A program made the translations under genes and the position numbers. A model generated the notes under the pieces. The model had not been told where the DNA came from, searched no databases, and saw only the letters and a program-made list of their open reading frames with translations. A stretch of 32,000 nt of DNA from Rhodopseudomonas sp. NSM (GTDB taxonomy: Bacteria; Pseudomonadota; Alphaproteobacteria; Rhizobiales; Xanthobacteraceae). The DNA is taken from the NCBI GenBank assembly GCA_052445935.1, contig JBQTCH010000003.1. One strand, written 5' to 3'. This document shows, in pieces, positions 6,508 through 13,196 of the stretch. Within the stretch, counting starts at the first letter, position 1, and each line of letters opens with the position of its first letter.

Positions 6508-7248
6508 ATGTGGAGCTCATCCGCGAGCACCGCCGCGCATCAGCGCGCGCGCTTCATGCAGCCCGATGCGGCGCGGTGGATGCGGCCAGACGCGGATCGC
6601 TGGATCCGGCCCGATGTCGCGCGCTTCCTTGCGCCGGGCACTGATCCGGCGACGATCTTCCCCGCGCTCGACCGCAAGTACAGCCCTAACCAGCCGCGGG
6701 TACCGGCCGGAAACCCGGATGGCGGGCAGTGGACAAATGGTGGCATCAGCGCTCGCTGGGCCGTCGACGATGTCCTCCTCAGCGATCCACAGGATGATCA
6801 GCTCCTCGATGGCGTTCAACTGACTCAGGTCGGGAGCTCAGTCACTGACGCCGATGGACTTCCCTACTATGCAACCGGCGGCCATCACGAAATGCCGAGG
6901 GGTGTCTACAGGAAATGGAACTTGCAGCCCGAGACCGAACGGGTATTCAATCGATCGACGACTGGCTCGCTTCCACAGGGAAGCCATATCGAAACGGATC
7001 AAGGTTTGCTCCGAGGACACTACTGGGATGGACCGGATGGTGCTCATGCCAAGTACAACAACGCCGTGTCTGACTTGAGTGAGCGCTTCATGAGAGAACA
7101 ACGGATCACGCCTTGAGTGATGACGCCCGATCAAGCCGAAGAGCTTCTGACGCGTATCAGGGAGTCGGACGTGCCGGAAATACGTGACTACAACCGGGCA
7201 ATTCGGATGCTGAGGAGGGTGTTCCGATGGCGCATGGGCAGAGAGTAG
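6508..7248 (+). pseudogene. Polymorphic toxin C: conserved N-terminal module plus GHH-signature nuclease domain, interrupted by an in-frame TGA at 7114-7116
   Basis: It uses the conserved ATGTGG start and carries LPYYATGGHHE. After ...RITP the in-frame TGA is followed, in the same frame, by VMTPDQAEELLTRIRESDVPEIRDYNRAIRMLRRVFRWRMGRE* (stop at 7246-7248). This matches the uninterrupted equivalent stretch of toxin A. Confidence 0.7.
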
Positions 7249-7282
7249 GCCGTTGGCTCGGTGATCGCCGGAGCATCGTCCG

Positions 7283-7663
7283 ATGACGCGGGAGAAATTC
7301 CTGCAGACCTGGAGCGAGTTGCGAGATCGCGCCATTGCCTATCTCGAAGGCTTTGGAAAGGAGATCGATCCGCTCGGCCACAAGGACTTCTGGGTCGTCG
7401 ACGATGATTATGACCTCTATCTTCTCCAGGTCGAGATCATGAGTCTCGATCTGCTGCAGCCGGCGGTGATCTACGGACTGCGCGATCTGCTCCGTGACTA
7501 TCCCGATTTCGCGATGACCGTTGCCGTTGTGGCGCCCCACGGCATCACGTGGCCGCGGATGGGTATCACGCTGTTCGAAGGCCAGATCATCGACGGGCTG
7601 AAGCGCGGATCGCTGCCGCTCCCCTATCAGGAGATTCAATATAAGGGCTCTCGGCCGGATTGA
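7283..7663 (+). CDS. Putative immunity protein for the GHH-type toxin (126 aa)
   Basis: GGAG lies 9 nt upstream of the ATG. It is a paralog of 3643..4044. Confidence 0.7.
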   Translation: MTREKFLQTWSELRDRAIAYLEGFGKEIDPLGHKDFWVVDDDYDLYLLQVEIMSLDLLQPAVIYGLRDLLRDYPDFAMTVAVVAPHGITWPRMGITLFEGQIIDGLKRGSLPLPYQEIQYKGSRPD

Positions 7664-7761
7664 TGAAGCGCTGCTTCCAGGAGGCCGACCCGCATCCCTG
7701 AACGCATTGCTGGCCGCCCGCTAGCCGCCGACCAACCGATCCCCTCGACTGAACGCTCCCC

Positions 7762-7790
7762 CGCCGTGGCCTCCCGCCGCGGCGTTTTCG
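7762..7790 (+). terminator. Intrinsic-terminator-like hairpin immediately upstream of the capsid gene
   Basis: A 9-bp stem cgccgtggc / gccgcggcg (one G-U pair) has the loop ctccc and is followed by TTTTCG at 7785-7790. It lies 37 nt before the capsid ATG. Confidence 0.4.
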
Positions 7791-7827
7791 TTCGTGCCTA
7801 TCCCGAAACGCCCACCAGGAGAACCCG

Positions 7828-9084
7828 ATGGACTACGACATCACCACCACCGCGCCGGAGACCAAGGCCGGCTTCGCTTCGTCCGAGCGCGATGCGCAGG
7901 ACGAGCTGCTGCGCGTCCACGAGGAATTCAAGGCGGCCAATGACGAGCGCCTGGCCGCGCGCGAGCGGCGGCGCGGCGACGTGTTGCTGGAAGAGAAGGT
8001 CGACCGGATTTCGGATGCGATCGACACCCGGCTGAAGCGGATCGAGGATTTCGCGCTGAAGCAGGCGCGGCCGCGGCTCGACGGCCGCCGCGCCGAGAGC
8101 TTCGCCGGCAGCCGCGAGCACAAGAGTGCGTTCGAGGCCTACGTCCGCAGCGGCGACGCCGCGCCGCTGCGCGCGATCGAGACCAAGGCGCTGTCGGTCG
8201 GCTCCAATCCGGACGGCGGTTACCTCGTGCCGGTCGAGCTCGAACACGCGATCGCCTCGCGGCTTTCGTCGATCTCGCCGATCCGGAGCCTCGCCTCGGT
8301 GCGCGAGATTTCCGGCAGCGTCTACAAGAAGCCGTTCATGACCACGGGGCCCGCCACCGGCTGGGTCGGCGAGACCGACGTGCGGACGCAGACGGCCTCG
8401 CCGGTGCTCGACGCGCTGTCGTTCCCGGCGATGGAGCTGTACGCGATGCCGGCCGCGACCGCGACGCTGCTCGACGACTCGGCGGTGAATATCGACGAGT
8501 GGATCGCCGCCGAGGTCGAACTCACCTTCGCGGTGCAGGAGGGCGCGGCGTTCGTCAACGGCGACGGCGTCAACAAGCCGAAGGGCTTTCTCGCCGCGCC
8601 CACGGTGGCGAACGCGTCGTGGAGCTGGGGCAGTCTCGGTACTATCGCCACCGGCGCCGCCGGCGCGTTTCCCGAGGACGATCCGTCCGACGTGCTGGTC
8701 GATCTGATCTACGCGCTGAAGGCCGGCTATCGCCAGAACGGCGCCTTCGTGATGAACCGCAAGACCCAGGCCACGATCCGCAAGTTCAAGGATGCGTCCG
8801 GCAGCTATCTGTGGCAGCCGCCGGCGCAGGCGGGCGGCCGCGCCTCGCTGATGACGTTCCCGCTGATCGAGGCCGAGGACATGCCCGACGTCGCGGCGAA
8901 TTCGCTCAGCGTCGCGTTCGGCGACTTCCGCCGCGGCTATCTGGTGGTCGACCGGCTCGGCGTCCGCGTGCTGCGCGACCCGTATTCCGCCAAGCCCTAC
9001 GTGCTGTTCTACACCACGAAGCGGGTCGGCGGCGGCGTGCAGGACTTCGACGCGATCAAGCTGCTGAAGTTCGCGGCGAGCTGA
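7828..9084 (+). CDS. HK97-family major capsid protein, RcGTA g5 equivalent (418 aa)
   Basis: AGGAG lies upstream of the ATG. The N-terminal coiled region (delta-domain-like) is followed by GGYLVP, AFVNGDG-NKPKGFL and YRQNGAFVMN, motifs typical of HK97 capsids. Its position after the protease is also as expected. Confidence 0.93.
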   Translation: MDYDITTTAPETKAGFASSERDAQDELLRVHEEFKAANDERLAARERRRGDVLLEEKVDRISDAIDTRLKRIEDFALKQARPRLDGRRAESFAGSREHKSAFEAYVRSGDAAPLRAIETKALSVGSNPDGGYLVPVELEHAIASRLSSISPIRSLASVREISGSVYKKPFMTTGPATGWVGETDVRTQTASPVLDALSFPAMELYAMPAATATLLDDSAVNIDEWIAAEVELTFAVQEGAAFVNGDGVNKPKGFLAAPTVANASWSWGSLGTIATGAAGAFPEDDPSDVLVDLIYALKAGYRQNGAFVMNRKTQATIRKFKDASGSYLWQPPAQAGGRASLMTFPLIEAEDMPDVAANSLSVAFGDFRRGYLVVDRLGVRVLRDPYSAKPYVLFYTTKRVGGGVQDFDAIKLLKFAAS

Positions 9085-9123
9085 ACGAGCATCCGAACGC
9101 ACGATCCAGACTCACGATCCAAG

Positions 9124-9150
9124 CGGCGCGCCCGATCGGCGCGCCGTTTT
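9124..9150 (+). terminator. Rho-independent terminator after the capsid gene
   Basis: A perfect 9-bp GC stem cggcgcgcc / ggcgcgccg (9124-9132 paired with 9138-9146) has the loop cgatc and is followed by TTTT at 9147-9150. Confidence 0.6.
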
Positions 9151-9194
9151 CGATTCCAGCCCCTGTTTTGGATCCTCGGTGAGGACAACGTCGC

Positions 9195-10022
9195 ATGCCG
9201 CACCAGGACGATGCCTGGCTGCGCCATCAGCAGACGCGATGGTTGCGGCCCGACGGCGACCGCTGGGTGCGCCCGGACGCCGCGCGGTTTCTGAAGCCAG
9301 GTAGCAACCTGGTCGAGGTCTTCCCGGCGCTGGCGTTCAAATACAGCCCAAACCAGCCGCGCGTGCCGGCCGGCCATCCGGACGGCGGGCAGTGGACGAG
9401 CGGGGGAGGGGGTGAGGTCTCGGACTTTGCGGACCCCATCGGCAGTACGCAGCCGAGCTATGCGCTGCCCATGGGCGACGTTGCGATCGGTGACGTTGCC
9501 GTTGGAAGCGACGATCTGTTTTCCATCGTGTCGAAACAGCCCGAGCGCACTGGTGTCAGGCTTGCGGGCGATCTACCGGAAGGCAGCGATCCGGCTCCGG
9601 AGGTGCCGACGGAGCCTCCGCCGGAAATTCCAGCCAAGAAACCCAGAACCAGTGCAGAGCGGACGGCCATTCTTCGAGCTGTCGAAAATTGGGCAGTGCG
9701 ACATGCTGGTCTACCAGCTAAGATGTTGTTCGGTGCGATCGAGAATATTGAATGGCTCAAGGATCGGACAGATCTCATCCGAGCAGCAACCGATCCGCCG
9801 AAGAGCCTCCTGGAGTTGCAGAATGAAGTCGGCAGGAAGCGCGCGGGCTACGACGTTCATCACATTGTTGAAAGAACCTGGGCGGAGTATTTTGGCTTTT
9901 CGCGATCGCAGGTCAATGATCGGTCGAATTTGGTGAGTATTCCGCGACTTAAGCATTGGCAGATCACCGGATGGTACATGACGCGGACCGATGAGTTCGG
10001 TGGTTTGTCGCCGCGGGATTAA
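9195..10022 (+). CDS. Polymorphic toxin D (275 aa): N-terminal module (subtype 2) plus an HNH nuclease domain of the xHH type; probably truncated by a TAA
   Basis: GAGGA lies 9 nt upstream of the ATG. The N-terminus reads MPHQDDAWLRHQQTRWLRPDGDRWVRPDAARFLKPG...NQPRVPAGHPDGGQWT. The C-terminal part carries GYDVHHIVE...NDRSNLVSIPRLKHW. In the same frame after the TAA at 10020-10022, 25 more codons (..VGLYALRRFGVLEP*) match the C-terminus of toxin E and end in a GTGA overlap with the next gene. Confidence 0.7.
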   Translation: MPHQDDAWLRHQQTRWLRPDGDRWVRPDAARFLKPGSNLVEVFPALAFKYSPNQPRVPAGHPDGGQWTSGGGGEVSDFADPIGSTQPSYALPMGDVAIGDVAVGSDDLFSIVSKQPERTGVRLAGDLPEGSDPAPEVPTEPPPEIPAKKPRTSAERTAILRAVENWAVRHAGLPAKMLFGAIENIEWLKDRTDLIRAATDPPKSLLELQNEVGRKRAGYDVHHIVERTWAEYFGFSRSQVNDRSNLVSIPRLKHWQITGWYMTRTDEFGGLSPRD

Positions 10023-10096
10023 CTTGCAGGTCGGGACTGGAACGAGCGTAAGCGGGTGGGGCTATACGCTCTTCGGCGATTTGGAGTGCTCGAGCC

Positions 10097-10468
10097 GTGA
10101 AAGCGATCGATCTTGAAGCCATGTCGACGGACGAACTGGTGCAGCGCTTCTCCGCTATAGGAGTCGCACAAGATCAGGCGCTGCTCGGATTCAGGCTCAA
10201 GGAGTTCAATCGGCTTTTCGAGAAAATGGCCGATGTGTCCGAGGCGCTGAAACGACGTGACGGCGATCAGCGGCGCGCGCTGCTGGTGCTGTTCAGCTAT
10301 CCGAATATGCAAGTGCGATTGAAGGCTGCCAAACATACGCTCGCAGTCGCGCCGCTCGAAGCGCGCCAGCAGCTCGAAGCAATTGTGGCTAGCAGGTGGT
10401 TCCCGCAAGCGGGTGACGCCGGCATGTGCTTGTCGTTGCTGGACGACGGGACTTTCAAACCGAAATGA
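10097..10468 (+). CDS. Putative immunity protein, DUF2019-like (123 aa)
   Basis: The GTG start overlaps the ancestral toxin stop (GTGA at 10097-10100). ELVQRF...ALL...FNRLF...LK.R.GDQRRALL.L..YPN.QVRLKAA.HTLAVAP.EAR..LE.I...W.PQAGDAGM.L..LD.G.FKP matches my memory of DUF2019 proteins. It is a close paralog of 11563..11934. Confidence 0.7.
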   Translation: MKAIDLEAMSTDELVQRFSAIGVAQDQALLGFRLKEFNRLFEKMADVSEALKRRDGDQRRALLVLFSYPNMQVRLKAAKHTLAVAPLEARQQLEAIVASRWFPQAGDAGMCLSLLDDGTFKPK

Positions 10469-10517
10469 CACAGAGAGACGATGTCGAGGCCCACGCGGCG
10501 CCCGCCCGCGGACCGAC

Positions 10518-10595
10518 GCGATGATCATGCTGCTGAAATTTTCGGCGAGCTGATCGGCCCGGTCCGCCCGGAACGGCCTGATCTCGACATCCAAA
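10518..10595 (+). pseudogene. Degenerate duplicate of the capsid gene 3' end
   Basis: gacgcgatgatcatgctgctgaaattttcggcgagctga aligns with the capsid terminus gacgcgatcaagctgctgaagttcgcggcgagctga (DAIKLLKFAAS*). The similarity runs on into the copied terminator. Confidence 0.55.
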
Positions 10596-10627
10596 CGGCG
10601 CGCCCGATCGGCGCGCCGTGTTCGTTT
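10596..10627 (+). terminator. Second copy of the capsid terminator hairpin, with a decayed T-tract
   Basis: It has the same cggcgcgcc-cgatc-ggcgcgccg hairpin as 9124-9146, here followed by tgttcgttt. Confidence 0.4.
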
Positions 10628-10664
10628 GCGGCCTTCGGTTCATCCGCAACGAGGATGCTGCCGT

Positions 10665-11566
10665 ATGCCGCATCACGACCAGGCCTGGCTGCGCCATCAG
10701 TAGATGCGATGGCTGCGGCCCGATGGCGACCGCTGGGTGCGCCCGGACGCCGCGCGCTTTCTGAAGCCAAGTAGCAACCCGTCGAGGCCTTTCCGGCGCC
10801 GGCGTTCAAATTCAGCCCGAACCAGCCGCGCGTGCCGGCCGGCCATTCGGACGGCGGGCAGTGGACGAGTGGCGGGGGTGGGGCCGCCGAGTCTGCAGAT
10901 CCCAGTGGGAGCGGGCCCGCGAGCGCGGCGCAGCCGATGGGCGACGTTGCGATCGGCGACGCCGCGGCCCAAAGCAATGATCTGTTTTCAATCGTGTCGA
11001 AAGAGCCAGACCGCTCCGGCGTGCGGTTGGCGGGCGATCTGCCGGAGGGCAGCGATCCGGCGCCTGGAGTGCCCGGCAACGAGCCGCCGGAAATTCCGCA
11101 AAAGAAACCTGCCTATAGTGCAGATCGAACGAGATATTTTCGGGCTGCTGCCGACTGGCTTGCACGAAGCTCGGGTCTTCCCGGACTGCTTTACGAAGGC
11201 TCTATGAGATCCGTGGAGTGGCTGCGAGATTGGCATGATGTTATTTCGGCTGCGCGAGACGGTCCCAAGCCGTTGAGGGAGTTCATGGACGGTGTTGGTC
11301 AAGCTCGCCCGGGCTACGATGTCCATCACATCAACGAGGTAAAGGCGGCAAAGCTGGATGGTTATAGCCTGTTGGTGATCAACGATCCTTCGAATCTTGT
11401 CAGCATTCCGCGCCTGAAGAACTATCAGATCACGGTATGGTATTCAGCACCAAGCGTCGAATTTGATGGTTTGTCTCCGGGAGAATTCCTGCGTGGCAAG
11501 AGCTGGGAGACGCGCCGCGAAGTCGGGTTGAGGGCGCTGCGAAAATTTGGAGTGTTGGAGCCATGA
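10665..11566 (+). pseudogene. Polymorphic toxin E: same architecture as toxin D, inactivated by an in-frame TAG (10701-10703) and a 1-nt deletion near 10779
   Basis: The sequence atg ccg cat cac gac cag gcc tgg ctg cgc cat cag TAG corresponds to cag CAG in toxin D. aacctggtcgagg in D is aacccgtcgagg here, which shifts the frame from +3 to +2. The downstream ORF 10832..11566 carries PGYDVHHINE...NDPSNLVSIPRLKNY and an intact C-terminus ...FGVLEP*. Confidence 0.7.
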
Positions 11567-11934
11567 GCAAACAGGATCTTCGCCAAATGGCGACGCCGGA
11601 GCTCGTGGCTCTATTTGCGAAAGTCGTGGTCGGACAGGACGAGGCCTTGCTCGGACATCAGCGAGCGAAATTCAAACGCTTGTTCGACATGATGCGAGAT
11701 ATTGCGAACGAATTGAAGGGACGCGAAAGTGATCAGCGGGTCGCGCTGTTGAGCCTCTTCGAATACCCGAATATGCAGGTGCGGCTTCAGGCGGCCAAGC
11801 TGACGCTCGCGGTCGCTCCCCTGGAGGCGCGCAAACAGCTCGAAGCTATCGCGTCCACAAAGTGGTATCCGCAGGCCGGCGACGCCGGTATGTGCCTATC
11901 CTTTCTGGACGATGGAACATTCAAGCCGAAATGA
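11563..11934 (+). CDS. Putative immunity protein, DUF2019-like (123 aa)
   Basis: There is an ATGA start/stop overlap with toxin E. It is a close paralog of 10097..10468. Confidence 0.7.
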   Translation: MSKQDLRQMATPELVALFAKVVVGQDEALLGHQRAKFKRLFDMMRDIANELKGRESDQRVALLSLFEYPNMQVRLQAAKLTLAVAPLEARKQLEAIASTKWYPQAGDAGMCLSFLDDGTFKPK

Positions 11935-12079
11935 TACATCAGGATGATGTCGGATGCGGTGCAGCAACATGCTTCCGTGGCAAGCGCAGGCTCAGCGCGC
12001 GGGACGCCGCGGCTCGCCGAGATTCGTGCTGGAAGGTCGAAGAAATGCGATTTCGGCGCTTGATAATCGAAGCCGGGTC

Positions 12080-12249
12080 CCGATGATCGACCGCGGCGAG
12101 AACACGCACCATGACTTCCCTCAGGCGTGCAGCTCGTTCAAGGTGTTGGCTCCATGAGGGCAGATCAATTGAAGAGCGCAAGCACTCATGAGCTGGTCGC
12201 CCATTTTGCCAAGGTCGTTGATCGAGATCCATCGGACCGTGCGCGGTGA
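12080..12249 (+). pseudogene. Vestige of a third xHH-toxin / DUF2019-immunity junction
   Basis: aaggtgttggctccATGAggg mirrors ggagtgttggagccATGAgca at the junction of toxin E and its immunity gene. From the ATG at 12154 the frame reads MRADQLKSASTHELVAHFAKVVDRDPSDRAR* (stop at 12247-12249). Compare MSKQDLRQMATPELVALFAKVV... in the E immunity protein. The upstream limit is approximate. Confidence 0.45.
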
Positions 12250-12373
12250 GGCGAGTCGGTGGGTGACGCGCTTGCGCGCTCACCCACCCTACGGGGGGAG
12301 CCGGTGCAAGGCGCCTTGCCGCGGAGTGGAACAATTGCTTGCGGCGGGATTTGCCGCTGCGAGGGAAAACCGG

Positions 12374-12622
12374 ATGAAGCGAACGATCACACTGTCCGCC
12401 GCCTGTGCCGCGCTCGCGTTGGTCGCGATCGACATCGGCCCGGCCTTCGCCCGCGGCGGGGCGGCGAACATCATGGATTCGCCGGGCTATCAGCTCCGGC
12501 TGAAGGAATCGCGCGAGCAGTTGCAGCGGCGCTATACGACGCCGCCGGCGGTGTATCCGCGGCAGAGGGTCGACACGCCGCGCAAGGCCAGGCCGAACAG
12601 CACGCGCAAGCTGCGGCGCTGA
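12374..12622 (+). CDS. Small secreted hypothetical protein (82 aa)
   Basis: GAGGGA lies upstream of the internal ATG at 12374. The N-terminus MKRTITLSAACAALALVAIDIGPAFA looks like a signal peptide. Confidence 0.5.
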   Translation: MKRTITLSAACAALALVAIDIGPAFARGGAANIMDSPGYQLRLKESREQLQRRYTTPPAVYPRQRVDTPRKARPNSTRKLRR

Positions 12623-12650
12623 GCGCGCGGGCGACCCGGTCGCCGGCGGC

Positions 12651-12965
12651 TCAGCAGTAGCCGTACCAGCCGCAGGCGTAGGGCAGGCGGCTGAAGATCG
12701 CATCCGACGGCGTGCCGTAATAGTTGAAGTAGTGATAGGAATTCGGCTTGCCGTAATAGCCCTGGACGATGGGGCGGACGTCGATCTCCGGTGCATAGAC
12801 CGGCGATGCGCTGATGACGTCGCGCGGCGGCGGCACCATTGCGACGATGCGGCCGCGCGGCTCGGGCTCGGCGAAGATGCGGCCGATCCTGCTGTGCGCG
12901 GGCAGATCCGCGGCCACCGCCGGTGCGGCGGTGGCAAGAGCGATCAGCAGGACGGCAAGGCGCAT
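12651..12965 (-). CDS. Small secreted hypothetical protein (104 aa), Tyr/Gly-rich C-terminus
   Basis: The internal ATG (A at 12965) gives MRLAVLLIALATAAPAVAADLP, which looks like a signal peptide. The protein ends ...YYGKPNSYHYFNYYGTPSDAIFSRLPYACGWYGYC. Confidence 0.55.
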   Translation of the reverse strand: MRLAVLLIALATAAPAVAADLPAHSRIGRIFAEPEPRGRIVAMVPPPRDVISASPVYAPEIDVRPIVQGYYGKPNSYHYFNYYGTPSDAIFSRLPYACGWYGYC

Positions 12966-13058
12966 CGACGGGCTCCGGGTGAGCCGGCAGGGTGGGCCAA
13001 CATGGTTAACGAAATCTGAAGGGCGACGGTGGGCGTGGCGGGTGTCTCCGCAAGCGCC

Positions 13059-13167
13059 GTCATCCTGAGGTGCGCGCTGTTGCGCGCCTCGAAGGATGCG
13101 GAGGCGGGCACGGCGTTCGCGGCGCATCCTTCGAGGCCGCCGCTGCGCGGCGGCGCCTCAGGATGAC
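13059..13167. repeat. MITE/REP-like palindromic element, family 1
   Basis: It has the gtcatcctgagg ... cctcaggatgac termini and internal cgaaggatgcgg ... gcatccttcgagg. Confidence 0.8.
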
Positions 13168-13196
13168 GGCGGCAGATGGTGCGGCTTCGCGCCGGC

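Noticed and set aside
3380-7116. Programmed stop-codon readthrough or recoding as the explanation for the in-frame stops in toxins A and C
   Set aside because: Three different stop codons occur at non-homologous positions, and toxin E also has a frameshift. This pattern fits independent decay better. I saw no conserved recoding context. It is kept only as a minor alternative in the findings.
7798-9102. A 434-aa antisense ORF opposite the capsid gene
   Set aside because: It is a GC-shadow ORF. The + strand frame carries unmistakable HK97 capsid motifs and a ribosome-binding site.
11939-12937. A 332-aa - strand ORF, plus similar long ORFs at 13060..13911 (-) and 13176..14087 (+)
   Set aside because: Their translations are Arg/Ala/Pro/Ser-rich. 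They overlap better-supported genes (small secreted proteins with signal peptides, and the S1 protease with its full catalytic triad) and a repeat element.
13006-13020. A CtrA-box-like sequence TTAA-N7-TGAA, 41-55 nt upstream of the - strand gene 12651..12965
   Set aside because: It is a single one-mismatch occurrence of a short AT-rich motif with no second line of evidence. It is not positioned in front of any GTA structural gene.
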